Notes: generated from the sequence alone by a model not told the origin. 63,646 bases of DNA, filler included, from Octopus bimaculoides (GCF_001194135.2; 6 parts of 6 records of this genome joined end to end with filler, not necessarily neighbours in it), one strand, 5' to 3'; numbered from the whole stretch's first letter, positions 1 to 13,762 are shown. A program made the numbers and translations.

Positions 1-73
1 TTTATAACATGCCTTGTGTCTCCAAGCAATCTTCTAGCCTGAAGCTACTATGTACATTAAATGATATATTTAA

Positions 74-295
74 CCCTTTAGTGTTTAAACCAGCCATATC
101 AGGCCAAAATTGTCTTCCAGTTTTATGCTCAAACCAGCCAGCCAGCTCTGACCTCTCACACCTACCCTACAAAGTCATTCTAAAAATAAACAGGGACATC
201 ATCAAAGTCTCAGTTACAAGATGCTGTACAATTAACTTAAAACAATGTAATTAAACAGGCTTTACATTTGACAGAGTAATCTGAATGCTAAAGGG
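74..295. mobile_element. piggyBac-like MITE
   Basis: TTAA (70-73) + CCCTTTAG ... CTAAAGGG + TTAA (296-299). The TTAA target duplication and CCC/GGG termini match piggyBac. No ORF. Confidence 0.75.
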
Positions 296-1420
296 TTAAG
301 AGAGAGGTGGGGGAGAGCTAGCACCTGGATCAACGTTGACCTGGGGTTAAACAGCAACAGCTAAGTCCTTAGGTTCTGGGAGGTTTGTTTTTAATACCTT
401 TTGCTGCGTTTTTTTTTTCACCTACCCCACCCCCTCCCTCTGTCAGTTATTCCATACCTATAATAAACTTCTCTCACTATCTCTTCCTCCAAACTCTCTG
501 AAGGAAGGACAATAGTTTCTGACTAATCACTGCCCCACCTCCCCGTCCCCCAGCCATTAATTGTTTATAATTCATGTCCTACTCTCATTATACTATCATT
601 TGTCTTTTTCAGGCCCCTCCCCTCAATCTGTGATTCCAGTCTCTGTTTGTAATTCTTTCAGCCTGCCTCTTTTTACCTTTCCCTTCTCCTCATTTTTCAC
701 CCTCCCTATCAGTTCTATTTTACTCCACCTCACATCTCTTCCTATCTCGCATCACTCGATTTTTTTTGTCTTATATATATAAAATTGTCAACATTTAATG
801 TCCATGGGTTGGATACACACATGCATATGTAGATGCACATTTGCACACACACACACACACACACATATATAAACCTCCACCTCTCATTCCCTCTCCTGTC
901 CCTCTTCCTCCCTTTCTTATTCTTCCCTCTCTCCATCTCTCTTCTCTTTGTCTCTCTTTCTCCCCCTCCCTCAATTTGACAATTATTTAGAATGTTCTTT
1001 CCCCACTTCACTTTACTTAATGAAATTCACACTTCTCTTCTTTCTCTCTTTCCCAATTTCTCTGCTTCCCATCTCCCCCCCCCACTCAATTCCTCTCCTC
1101 TACCCATGCTCCTTTTCCCTTCCTCTCTTCTCTTCCCATTTTCTCTTTTTCTAATTCCTTCTCTTATTCCTCACATCTCTATCTCTCCCTTCCACCCATC
1201 CCCCACATGTTCTTCCACTATTGTATTATTACCTCACCGTCACCACCATCACCACTCTCACTTTAACAATCTTGACTTCTCTATTTTTTTATTACTACAA
1301 ACAAAACAATCTCCTCCTCCTCTTCTCTGAGCAACTACCCTCAAATGTGCCACACCCACATCACTCCCTTACTCTACAAATGCCCCACTACCACCACCAC
1401 CTGCAATATAGTCTGTTTCT

Positions 1421-2085
1421 GGATCTTGTTCAAAACGTTGGGTGGGGGCACCAGTTTTCATTAATGTTTTATGTAGTGTTTTTGGTACCGAAAGACTTTC
1501 AAACTTCGTATACTTATCTATTTTGTGTTATAGAACAGAAAAAAATTTTTGTATTCGAATTTATTTCATGTAAAAAATTGTCTTATTTCGATAATTTCAA
1601 CCAATCACTGACAAGTATTCAGCTGTTTACACTTGCTCCTTTGGAAGTTTAAGCGGTGTAAAGCGTATTTAATCTCCATTTATAATTTCGTTAACATCTG
1701 CCTGAACTGTATGTGTACAACATTTGCTTTTTTCATTTTCTTTCACGCGTGTTTATTTCGTTAACATCTGCCTGAACTGTATGAAAGGTTTATTAGCTAC
1801 TGCCGAACCCTAACCCTAACCCTAACCCTAACTCTACTGCCAATATGCTTCAGCCATCGTTTGTTTACATAGTCAGCACTTAATAATATCCGGCTGAATG
1901 GACGTCAGTCATTGGTTGAAATTACAGAAATACGACAACTTTAACATGAAATAACTTGCAATGTAGGTTTTTTTGTTAAGAAGACTAAGAGAAAAAGATG
2001 TTTTATATGACACATTCTACCAGTGTCCCAAGTTTCAAAGTGTTTCGTTAAGAAAATACTGGTGCCCCCATTTTGAACAAGATCC
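1421..2085. mobile_element. Non-autonomous TIR DNA transposon (GGATCT termini, 8-bp TSD)
   Basis: TIRs GGATCTTGTTCAAAA..GGGGGCACCAGT (1421-) and ACTGGTGCCCCCATTTTGAACAAGATCC (-2085). Perfect TSD CTGTTTCT at 1413-1420 and 2086-2093. Contains (AACCCT)4 at 1806-1829. Confidence 0.85.
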
Positions 2086-2599
2086 CTGTTTCTTCTAATA
2101 TCGTCTCTCATCTCTTGTCACCATCTCATTTATAAGTCCTTGGTGTTGACAAGAAATTACTAGTTCTATACACTGAGTTCAAATGACACTCAGACAGCTT
2201 AGTCTTTAATCCCATTCAAGGGTCAATAAAATAAGTATCAATTATATATACTGGGGCCAGTTCAAAATTATGGCATTGGCACCAATGTAAGATATGATTA
2301 TTATAAAGGCCAGTCTGCCAAGGTCAACTTTGCCTTTCATCTTTTCGGTGGTGGTTGATGGGGAGAGTTGATAAAATAAAGTACTAGCCAAGTATTATGT
2401 AGCACTTTGGCCAATTGAGTTCTACTATAGCCCCAGGCCAACCAATGCCTTTTGAGTGGATTTGGTAGACAGAAACTGAAAGTAGCTTGTTGTGTGTGTA
2501 TATATAATGTACTGTTCTATGATAAAAAAAATTCAACAAAAAAAGTTCTCCATCTGCTGAGAGATAAATATTATTTAATTAACATGATACATGTTTTTG

Positions 2600-2654
2600 T
2601 GTGCTACTAATAGTTTCATGTGTTGAAATACCTCAAACATATTCATCAGGCACA
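2600..2654 (-). ncRNA. Type I hammerhead ribozyme-like motif, family A copy 1
   Basis: Minus strand reads UGUGC-CUGAUGA-[AUAUGUUUGA GGUAUU UCAACACAU]-GAAA-CUAUUA-GUA-GCACA. Catalytic core intact, 5-bp stem I, about 8-bp stem II, near-palindromic stem III, GUA cleavage triplet. Confidence 0.75.
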
Positions 2655-2860
2655 AACCACATATCATAATAAACTAAAAATGTGTGTGTGTGTGCATGTC
2701 TTATTGTTTGTATCTGTCCCACCACCATTGCTTGACAACCAATGTTAGTTTGTTTACAACCTCTTAACTTAGCAGTTCATCAAAACAAACTACCAGAATA
2801 AGTATTAGGTATAAAAAAGAAAGAAAAAAAATGTACTGGAGTGGATTTGATCATTTAAAC

Positions 2861-3045
2861 CAGTGATTCTCAACCCCTTTTTTGTCTGTGGACCCCTTTG
2901 ATTCCTATCTCACTCAGATGGACCCTCATAAACAAATTAAAATATTTTGTGTATGGTAGAAGTATAACCAATTCATTGCACATAAATCCTAATTATCTTA
3001 TACGGATCCCTAAAGGGCCATGTTAACCCCAGTTGAGAACCACTG
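2861..3045. mobile_element. hAT/Charlie-like MITE
   Basis: TIRs CAGTGATTCTCAAC ... GTTGAGAACCACTG. Degenerate 8-bp flanks ATTTAAAC/GTGTAAAC. Confidence 0.7.
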
Positions 3046-3278
3046 GTGTAAACCCTTCAAAGCGGTGCCTGAGCATGACCACAGTCTGATGACTGAACCA
3101 AGTAAAAGATAAAAGATGCTGGGGATCGTATAATCAAGAGAACCCTCCACTTAAAATTGCTGCTCTTGTGCCAAAATTTGAAACTATTGTACCGGTCAAT
3201 GAAAACTTTGCTATGTTTAGTTACATTGCCTAAACATTCTGAGTTCAAATTGCACTGGATTAAATTTCTTGAAGGACA

Positions 3279-3447
3279 TCACTCTCTGAGTGGTTGGCGT
3301 TAGGAAGGGCATCCAGCTGTAGAAACTCTGCCAAATCAGACTGGAGCCTGGTGTTGCCATCCGGTTTCACCAGTCCTCAGTCAAATCGTCCAACCCATGC
3401 TAGCATGGAAAGCGGACGTTAAACGATGATGATGATGATGATGATGA
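3279..3447 (+). mobile_element. SINE 3' portion ending in (GAT)n (RTE-type tail)
   Basis: Near-identical to the copies at 20465-20780 and 20897-21190 (CTCTCTGAGTGGTTGGCGTTAGGAAGGGCATCC...GGACGTTAAACGATGATG). Confidence 0.8.
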
Positions 3448-4169
3448 CATCCAGCTGTAAAAACCATGCTAAAACAGACAGTGAAGCCTGATGCAGTCTT
3501 CTGGCTTGCCAGCTCCTGCTAAACCAGCCAACCAACGCCTGCATAGAAAACGGGTGATAAATGATGCTGAGACACCCTTCGGTCATGGATTGCTCCGAGA
3601 ACCCTTTGGTCTAGGATTGCTCCTAGAAAGTTATCCTCCCAGGCACAAGTCCAAGCAAGGTTGTTTATGGAAGACCAGCAGTCACCCATGCATACCAGCC
3701 TCCCCTCTCCATGCCACCAATGTTATCCAAGGGAAAGGCAATGGCTGATACAGCTTGGCATCCGTGACGTCGCAACTCATTTCTACAGCTGAGTGAACTG
3801 GTGCAACTCATGTTGTAAGCTCGACGCTCTAACCACTGAGCCATGCGCCTTCACAATTTGATGATGATGATGATGATGATGATAAATCAACTAATAGTGT
3901 TGATCTAACTATGCCCCGTTACAAAATGTTTCACTATGTCAAGGGTCATGCATTAGCAGAATTGTTAATGCTGAACAGAATACCTCTTCTGATTCTTTAC
4001 ATTCTGAGCTCAAAATTCTACTGCAATCAACCTTGCCTTTTGTCTTTCTGGGATCAATAACATAAAATACCAGTTAAGTGCTGGGTCAATTTGAGTACCC
4101 TTGCCTCTCTAAATTTGTTGACTTTGTACCAAAAATTGGAAACAATCATCATCATCATCATTATTATAG

Positions 4170-4610
4170 GTGATGAGGTGGCAGAATCATTGGCACACCA
4201 GACAAAATGCTTAGTAGCATTTTGTCCATTTACATTCTGAATTCAAATTCAGCCAAGGTAGACTTTGCCTTTCATCCCTTCACGGTTGATAAATAAGTAC
4301 CAGTTGAGTACTGGGGTTGATGTAATCAACTTGCCCCATTCCTTGAACTTGCTGGCCTTTTGCCAAAATTTGAAACCATCATTCTTATCATTATTTAATG
4401 CAACAAGCTTGCTGAAGCGTTTGCATGTTGGGCAAAATGCTTAGTGGTATTTCATCCATACTTGTGTTCTGAGTTCAAATTCTGCCAAAATCAACTTTAC
4501 CTTTTGTTCTTTTGGGGTTGATAAAATAAGTACCAGTTACACACTGGGGTTGATGTAATCAACTTACCCCCTCCCCCAAATTTCAGGCCTTGTGCCTATA
4601 GTAGAAAGGA
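4170..4610 (+). mobile_element. Two tandem degenerate tRNA-headed SINE copies
   Basis: A-box-like TGGCAGAATCATTGG and B-box-like GAGTTCAAATTC, followed by the same body as 30370-30555. Confidence 0.7.
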
Positions 4611-5018
4611 TTCTTATTATAATACATGTTAGTTCATTGGTAGCAAAATTTGGAAACAGCCAGACAACTTTTACTTTGCAGTTTATCTGTAATCTGAGTT
4701 CAGATTCTTTGAGTCAATTTTTGCTTTGCAATTTTCTGGTTTCATAAAATAAATACCAGAAATATATATTTGTTTCAATCAGTTGTACTTTTCTTACAAA
4801 TTTGTGACTTGTCCTAATCATGTTTAGTTCCAATGGCCCCGGCTTTAAATTTTATGTCTCTTAGAACAATGAAATTATGTACCAGTAATACAATGGTCTA
4901 AAATTGGAATTTGGGACTTAATAATAATTACAATGTTTTACATATTTGTTACAAGGTCAGCAATTTTAGCAGAAGGAGGTCAGTCAGATTTATTCAGTAC
5001 TTAGATGGTACTTTATTT

Positions 5019-5323
5019 CAGCGGTTCCCAAAGTGGGCAGTATTACCCCCTCTGTGGGCAATGGAAAGATCAAGAGGGGCATTGAAGAAAAGTGGGGTAA
5101 TAATAGGGTGGCCAAAATGGGGCGATGGATGTAACCACCCCACCACCACCAAAAAGTATAATGGGTTAATTAGGTTAAGTTTTATTTGCGAAATACTGTT
5201 TTGAATTTGCTGCAGAAAGGGGTCTACGTTTGTGGCGCTGAGTGGTAGTGGAGGTAGTGGGTGGCTAGGAATGTGGCTCGAGTGTCAAGGGGGCAGCAGC
5301 CTGAAAAAGTCTAAGAACCACTG
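5019..5323. mobile_element. hAT/Charlie-like MITE
   Basis: TIRs CAGCGGTTCCCAAA ... CTAAGAACCACTG. 8-bp flanks CTTTATTT/TTTTATTT (7/8 match). Confidence 0.7.
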
Positions 5324-6289
5324 TTTTATTTTAGTGATCCCAGAAGGATGAAAAGCAAAGTTGGCCTCAGTGGATGAGGAAGTAATGGTAAACATGTTAG
5401 TTAAAGACTTGAGAGTCCAAAGAAGAAGGTTGATTCTCATAATGTTAATTTCTATAGGTTAATATGCCTTAGAAAGGGCTGTGTGTATGTTGGGTGGTGA
5501 TTAGACATCCTTACATGGTAAGGATGTTGATGAGAGGTGAATGAATCTGTTGAAGTTTTCTTGTTTAATTTTTCTATAGTCTTTTAAAAATGTTTGGCTC
5601 TGAAGTAGAACACTTATTCAATGTGTGTTCGAGGAAAAACTGACCGACATATATCAGTCCTTGTTGGGATTTAGAGACAGTGAGGCCCTGCCGAGAAACT
5701 TCTAAGAAGCAGAAACTAACATAAAATCTTATTAGAATTTATATTTAACCTTTTTGTAACCATATGATGCGACTGAAAATAAATTCTTGTGATTGAGCGG
5801 GTGGTAAGAGATAAAATATGTGAAGCATTGGAGGGGGTGCTATCTTGTTGGAAAATATTTGGAGAGAGAGACAGAGAGGGAAGGAGAGAATGGTTGAGCC
5901 CTCTTCAATTTCAAGCCTTGCTAATGGTCACACCCACATTGTGACGTGTTGATCTAGTGTCATCTTGGCTCAACTAGTTTACAACCTCCCACCCTGTAGT
6001 AAGAATGTTTAGATGAGGGTACACATGCCTTCTTATTCCCTTTCTTAGTTACTCCCTATGATTTTTATTATTTTCTGGTCCACTCCTTATAGTTCTCTGA
6101 CTTGCTCCCCATTGCTTGCTGAGTCTCCCAGACAAACCCTCCCCCCCATACACCAACCTGCCTATTGGCTTCTTTGTTGCCTTCAGCAACTCATTCTCTC
6201 TACCCACTGCCTTCAATTCTTGCCCTCCTTCTCTATCTCCCTCTCTCTGATGCTCACTTATTGCCCTTCTGCTTCCCCTCACTCTGTCT

Positions 6290-7330
6290 CCTCTCCTTAT
6301 CCTCTCTCCTTACTCTCTCTCCTCTCCTCTCTCTCCTCTCCTCACTCTCCTCTCCTTNNNNNNNNNNNNNNNNNNNNNNNNNNNNNNNNNNNNNNNNNNN
6401 NNNNNNNNNNNNNNNNNNNNNNNNNNNNNNNNNNNNNNNNNNNNNNNNNNNNNNNNNNNNNNNNNNNNNNNNNNNNNNNNNNNNNNNNNNNNNNNNNNNN
6501 NNNNNNNNNNNNNNNNNNNNNNNNNNNNNNNNNNNNNNNNNNNNNNNNNNNNNNNNNNNNNNNNNNNNNNNNNNNNNNNNNNNNNNNNNNNNNNNNNNNN
6601 NNNNNNNNNNNNNNNNNNNNNNNNNNNNNNNNNNNNNNNNNNNNNNNNNNNNNNNNNNNNNNNNNNNNNNNNNNNNNNNNNNNNNNNNNNNNNNNNNNNN
6701 NNNNNNNNNNNNNNNNNNNNNNNNNNNNNNNNNNNNNNNNNNNNNNNNNNNNNNNNNNNNNNNNNNNNNNNNNNNNNNNNNNNNNNNNNNNNNNNNNNNN
6801 NNNNNNNNNNNNNNNNNNNNNNNNNNNNNNNNNNNNNNNNNNNNNNNNNNNNNNNNNNNNNNNNNNNNNNNNNNNNNNNNNNNNNNNNNNNNNNNNNNNN
6901 NNNNNNNNNNNNNNNNNNNNNNNNNNNNNNNNNNNNNNNNNNNNNNNNNNNNNNNNNNNNNNNNNNNNNNNNNNNNNNNNNNNNNNNNNNNNNNNNNNNN
7001 NNNNNNNNNNNNNNNNNNNNNNNNNNNNNNNNNNNNNNNTCACTCTCTCTCCTCTCCCTCTCTCCTCTCCTCACTCCCCCTCCTCTCCTCACTCTCCCTC
7101 CTCTCCTCACTCTCCTCTCCTTACTCTCCTCTCCTTACTCTCCTCACTCTGTCTCCTCTCCTCTCCTTACTCTCTCTCCTCTCCTTACTCTCTCTCCTCT
7201 CCTTACTCTCTCTCCTCTACTTACTCTCTCTCCTCTCCTTACTCTCTCTCCTCTCCTTACTCTCTCTCCTCTCCTTACTCTTTCTTCCCTCCTCTCCTTA
7301 CTCTCTTTCCTCCTCTTACTCTCCTCGCTT
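6290..7330. repeat. CT-rich minisatellite (about 18-bp unit CCTCTCCTTACTCTCTCT) spanning an N gap
   Basis: Tandem units are visible at 7040-7320. They produce the spurious SSPYSL/RRGERV ORFs. Confidence 0.85.
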
Positions 7331-8909
7331 TCATGTACTCTCTCATGCTCACTCTTGTGCTCTTTCTGCAACCATTCACTCTCATTACTTTTTCTTAATA
7401 TTTTTCCAATTTCTTGCTCTCCTACTTTTTTCTCTACCTCACTACAGTCTATCTATAACACCACATATGTGTGTGTGTATACACACACACACACATGCAG
7501 AGTTAGTGTATAATTCCATTCTTCTCTATGCACATCTCTACAAACTACCCCTAACCAAACTGACAACCAATCCAGCCTGTGGATGTTCTTAAACTTCCCT
7601 ACCCTCCACTTCTCTACACCCTGTCTGAGGGATTGTAAATACATGCAAGTGTATAATTCAACTGCCACATTTGTATCAAATGTATAAAGACAACTTATAT
7701 ACATCACTACAAAATGCTAACCACATCAACTCTCTCTCTCTCCCACACTCTCAATGTCCACACAGCTGTTAGAGCTATCCATATCTCCTATCCATATCTC
7801 CTCGTTCTCTTTCTCTGTTGGTCTCTCTCTCTCTCTCTCTTTCCAAATATTTCCCAAAGAGATTCCCCCCCCCTCTTCCACACTACACATATTTTATCTC
7901 TTACCACCCGCTCTCTTTCCAAGAGGATTAAATCTGTAGTGGCTGATCCATGGTATGCTAAGCTGTTGTTGGCAAGTTTGAGGATATCCACCAAAATGTT
8001 GGAAGAAGGATGAACGATATGTATTCAAGTAAAGATGGTGTAATATTAATTGACACAGAAATTTGTGTGATATTTTGTATTTGTCTGTGTGTGTGTGTGC
8101 GTGCGTTTATATTTATGGCGTGTATTTAAGTGTTTGTCTTTATACATTTATGGTTTGTGTTCGAGTGTGTGTGTGTGTGTGGGTCTTTGTGTGTGTATTT
8201 TTATGTGAATGTTTGTTGAGGCTGATCTATGCAATCACAGCAAAACTGTTTTTCAACGATATATTATTTTGACCTTTCTTTCCATATTCCTCTGTACAAA
8301 AACTAATGGAATGTATGTTGTCTGTTGAAGACATCATCGTTGCTCTAGTCTTATCAATATGGCTTCTCAATTACTTTACTAATTACTTTTAATAATAGCA
8401 TGTTTGTGTGTGTCTGTGTGTGCATATCTGTCTTTGCATGTGTGTGTGTGTGCGCAATTAAATGTCCAAGCCATCATTTCTCTCAAAACAATTTCGACAA
8501 AGAATTTTTCTCTTCATCTCAGCTGTTATATATTTGATGTCTTCATTGAATTTTAATTACTTCCATACATGTAGGGAGCAAATGGATCAGTCTTTGGTGG
8601 TGGTGGTGGTGGTGGTGATGATGATGGTGATGAATATTCCAACTGTTTGATCAACAGAATTACTATTACTCGACAAGTCATTGCAAAAATAGAGTATTCC
8701 ACAGACATGTGTAGCCCTTAATGTAATCCTCAAGCAGAATCAGTGTGTCAAAAGTTGACCTGGCTGGACCTTTCAATTTCCTGGGCAGTCTCTCCTAAAT
8801 GATTCCAGGCAATTTCTATGTTGCCAATTTCATTCACAAAAGCTTGGGTGTATACACATACACGTGTATACACATACATGTGTGTGTGTGTGTGTATGTA
8901 TGTATATAT

Positions 8910-8959
<50 letters not shown>

Positions 8960-8963
<4 letters not shown>

Positions 8964-9290
8964 GGTGCATGGTTCAGCAGTTAGTATTGGACTCAGAATC
9001 ATGAGGTAGTGAGTTTGATTCCTGGACCAGGCTGTGTTATACTCTTGAGCAACTTTTTCACGTTGCCCCAGTTCACTCAGCTGTAGAAATGAGTAGCGAC
9101 ATCACTGGTACCAAACTGTATCAGCCTTTGCCTTTCCCTTGGATAACATTGGTAGCATGGATAGGGGCAATTAGTATGCATGGGTGACTGTTGGTCTTCC
9201 ATAAACAACCTTGCCTGGATTTGTGCCTTGAAGGGGAACTTCCTAGGTGCAATCCCATGGTCATTGATGACTGAAGGGGGTCTTTACCCT
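8960..9290 (+). mobile_element. tRNA-headed SINE (another family; copies also at 18465-18760 +, 3630-3855 -, 19590-19850 +)
   Basis: Head GGTGCATGGTTCAGCAGTTAG...GAGTTTGATTCCT. Body shared with the listed copies. Confidence 0.7.
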
Positions 9291-9304
9291 ATATGAGTAT
9301 GTGT

Positions 9305-9371
<67 letters not shown>

Positions 9372-10371
9372 CATCATACTGTCTTCTTTTCCATTTTGCA
9401 TGGGCTGGATAGGAATTACTGCGGTAGATTTTTTTTTTTATAGCTGGTTGCTTTTCCAGTTGCCAGACCTCACCTATCTCAAATAAAGGTTATATTTTCT
9501 CATAACTTGCTTTTCATAGAAGACCATAGATAAACAATATCACTTGTGTGGAGGTGATGCTTGTTTACAACTGTCATGATCAGAACTAGAAGCTCCTTCA
9601 TAAATCAGTTATTTTTTATGCATGTTTCTGTGAAGAAACACATGTAAGATGGCATAAATGGTTTATGAATCATCTTCCTAGATTTGCTTTCATTATATGT
9701 ATTCTGTGATCTTTCTACTTATGGAGACCATAATACAGGCGTCCTCTATAAATTTCTGTTTTGGTAGAGGAGAATGGACATGGTTCTAAGTATTTGCTAT
9801 ATGTCATACAGAGATACACACACATGCACACACGCACACGCACACACACACACCTCTTTTATCTTTTACTTGTTTCACATTGCTCCAATCCGCTCAGCTC
9901 TAAATGGATAACCTAGTCTTCCAATCAGGGAGAATGTTTGCCCGATTGCCTAACCAGCCAAGTGGCATCATTCAAAAGTGAAAACAATGCAAAGTGCATA
10001 CTGACCAGTGATGTATAACACTTGATTGTCTGATCAATCACATGATACCTACATGTACACACACACACTGTAATTTTTCTGACCTGAGGTGGTCTAAGAG
10101 TGCAACTCAGTCAACATTGTTGACTGTTTCAGTTAAAGCTATGGCTTTGATTTAGTCTGTCCTGAGTTACCTCTCTTCAACATTTCCCATTGATAACAGC
10201 TAAGGAGCTAGAAATGCATCTGGGAATTGAAGAGGGGCAGCACTGGGCAGATATGGTGTTTTTACACCTTTTTACCATTAGAGAGAATTTTTTTCTCCAC
10301 GGTAACTGCAGCGAATTTGCCTTTGAAAGTTGAAATATGTCACAAACATATTTTAGTTAATCTAAAGTTTG

Positions 10372-10406
<35 letters not shown>

Positions 10407-10619
10407 CACACACACAGAAAGAGAGCATTTTTATGACTGTCAGATTCCCTTCCCTCTTCCATCCTGTTCTTTATTCCACTTGTCTTTACAGAACTGCAAT
10501 ACATATTGTTTGTACTGAACATTAACAAATGTTGATGTTGCTCAAGCAATGCAAAGACAAGGGAGACACACATACTCATCTTCTATGTTCATATATGACA
10601 GGCTTCTGTATAGTTTCTC

Positions 10620-10850
10620 ATTTCTTTATTGCCCACAAGGGGGCTAAACATAGAGGAGACAGACAAGGACAGACAAAGGAATTAAATCGATTACATTGAC
10701 CACCAGTGTGTAACTGGTACATAATTAATCAACCCCGAAAGGATGAAAGGTAAAGTTAACCTCGGTGGAATCTGAACTCAGAACATAGGGGCAGACGAAA
10801 TACCGCTAAGCATTTCGCCCAGCGTGCTAACATTTCTGCCAGCTTGCCAC
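10620..10850 (-). mobile_element. tRNA-headed SINE
   Basis: Same family and orientation as 39826-40054 (reverse complement of the 30370 family). Confidence 0.75.
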
Positions 10851-13729
10851 CTTATAGTTTCTGTATACAGGCTTCTGTATAGTTTCTATCTATCATTCTG
10901 TGTGTGCTTTGCCATGGCTGTGCGGTTAAGAATTTTGTTGCTTTGTCATGAAGTCTAGATTCTTCCCCATTGCGTAGCATCTTGGGCATATCTTATTATT
11001 ATGGCCTTAGTTTGACCCAAAGTTTGTGAGTGTCCAACCTGAGTCTATAGAAATAAATATTTGACCAAGATGCAGTTCAGTGAATATAAGGTGAAGCCAC
11101 ATAGTTGTGAAGAAAGTATCATCAGCACACATGCACACACAAACAAAACAATTGCCATCCAAAGGGTTTATGCTGTGAAGTGGTTGGTGTTATGAAGGGC
11201 ATCTAGCTGTAAAAAAGCATTCCAAAGCAGACATTGGAGCTTGGTGTAGTCCTTGGACTTATCAGATCTGGTCAAGCCATCCAACCCATGCCAACATGGA
11301 ACATGGTCGTTAGATGATGGTGATGATGATGATCACTTGTGAGAAAGTATGATTTAGTATCATGCATCACACTTTCACCTAATTCTTTTAGGTGCCTCTT
11401 TTGTCTTGAGCAGGCACAGACACCATCTCTGCTCTTCCCACCCTTGACCCTGGGGTGGAGTGGGGGGAACATCAAAGATGTGATTGCTAGAGGAAGAGGA
11501 GGACTGCATCAGCACTCAGCTAGTATTAGTTTTCAGCTGAGTAGACTGGAGCAACATGAGATGAAGTGCCTTGCTCAAGAGCACAACTTGCCACCAGCTC
11601 CACGAATTGAAGCTACAGCCTTAGGATAATATGTATGTATGTATGTATGTTTGTATGTATGTATGTATGTTTGTATGTATGTATGTTAAGCAAAAGAGCA
11701 CACCATAGAAGAAACAAATTTTTAAAAAATGATTATACATATACATATCCACATACATAGATGTCCCCATGCATACATACATACATGCATACACACACAC
11801 ACACACACACACACATGTATGTTTGTGAAGCTAAATTTTCTAAATTAGCAATAAAACCACACAAATTCCTTTCTAATTTAATATAGTTGATCTGGAATTG
11901 CAGGAGATTGTCTTGAAATTTTTCTGTTTTAAGAGTGAATGAAGCCAATTTTAATCACAATTGTATACATGCTCCCAGCTGCACACACACACACACACAC
12001 ACACATGAAGTGAACTGTTTTGTGGTGCCACTAACAAATGTAAACACAACAGCCTTGATTTACGACCAACTTCCAAAAATGTCACAACTTCATCGAACAT
12101 GGAAAAACACTTTTTTTTGGGGGTTTTTTTTTTTTGCCTATTCATTAACAGGAAACTGTCTTTTCGTTGGAAATGTTTATGCACCAGTTTTCTTGTAATA
12201 GCATTGCCAATGCATTCAAACTGTAATAGGATCAGCCTGTGTATTCATTTTGCATTATTTAATAACGAAATTCCACCCAGCCTATCTTTTTTTTTTTTGT
12301 TATTCTTCTGTAAGTTTAGTTGTTTCCTTTTTTTTTTTTGCTTTTAGTTTTGTATTTTTATTTTCACTCATATTCAATCTTTGCTGCTTTTACTACTACT
12401 ACTACTACTACTATTGATGATATTGTAACTATTGTTGTGGTTGTTCTGTTGATAGTTGGAAGCTTCCTTTCAAATCCAATGGTCCTGAGGAATTCCAACC
12501 TCCCCACCCCCTGTCTGTCTCCCAGCTCTGATCCCTCCCCCAGCACAATACCTCCACCACCACCATTGGCTAGCTTACATTTCTCTCCTTGCTTTTATCT
12601 TCACATATTAATTTAATTTCCTATTCCAGCTGGTGGTAGCGGTTGGGGCGGGAGTGACAAGAGAAGAGAGTTCCCTTCTCCTGATGCCATCGATCCCTTC
12701 CCTTACCCCCAACTATTTTTCTACCCTAATTTGACAATAAATATAAGGGCTAGGGCAGTGCCTCCCTACCCATGCAAATAGAAACACATTATTCTACAGG
12801 GTGGAGAAGAGGAGTTATGGAGAAGAAGGAATTGAAACATTTTTCTTCTCTGTTCTCTTAGGTTCTCTTTTTTTTTTCTGTCTCTCTTTCTCTCTATCTT
12901 TGTCTAATTCTTTATCTCCCTCTCACACTGTTTTCCTTTCTCCATGTCACCCCTTTCATTTATTCTCTCTCTCTCTTTATCTAATTCTCATTCTCTCTCC
13001 ATTCAACCATTCTATTCTTGTATCCCTTTTTTTTCTTTTTTTTTTTTTTATGTTTTACAATTATTAGATTTTATGTTTTCCATTCTAGTAAGTTCTGTTC
13101 TGTTGCTATCCAAAAGTCTGTAACAATTTCAGAACAATGGGTTTAACCAAACTGAAACCCACAATGAGCCTCAGCACATCTTTCCCATCCACCTAAACCC
13201 TTCACATCTTTTATTTCTCTCCATTTTAATCTTTTCTTTACAATTTTAAAAGTTTTCCCTTCTCCATTGTTCAGCATCCACAATTTAGGTTTTCATTTCA
13301 AATCACTTCTCACTGAGGAAAAAAAAACAAAAAAACATCTCATTTAATGTTCTCCTTCCCATGATATGCATAGCTGACCCTAAAATCTTACTGGTACCTG
13401 TTTTATCAGCCCTAAATGGATCAAATCAATAATGAAACATCTTATGCAACCCATTTTTGCTTGCAAATCATATCCTACCAATCATAAAATTAAAAATAAA
13501 AGCAGTGCATATTCGATAATGTGATCCTTGATACACTATGACTGAATAAAAGAATGGCATTGTTGTGGCTGTGACACTTCAGACCAGGGCTGTCCTGGAG
13601 TTAAACAACAGCGACAACTGGAGAAGTGAACCTATTTCACAGTGGATGTATATATCCACATATATTACTATATGTACTTAATACCGAGATCTGTTATTAT
13701 AAGTATATATATCTGTGTGTGTATGTATG

Positions 13730-13762
<33 letters not shown>

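Noticed and set aside
5450-5720. Minus-strand LIYVGQ string suggesting another PLE GIY-YIG
   Set aside because: Only one short motif amid many stops; too degraded to support.
6058-7592. Long Ser/Leu/Pro or Arg/Gly/Glu ORFs
   Set aside because: Translations of a CT minisatellite plus an N gap.
7885-8040. Minus-strand frame ...HYRFNPLGKRAGGKR resembling an amidated neuropeptide precursor
   Set aside because: No acceptor or ATG context. The adjacent 28 bp recur inverted at about 5795-5825, which points to a degraded repeat; dibasic motifs like this arise by chance.
10440-10560. Strong polypyrimidine tract + ACAG acceptor-like site
   Set aside because: All three frames stop within 15 codons and there is no convincing donor.
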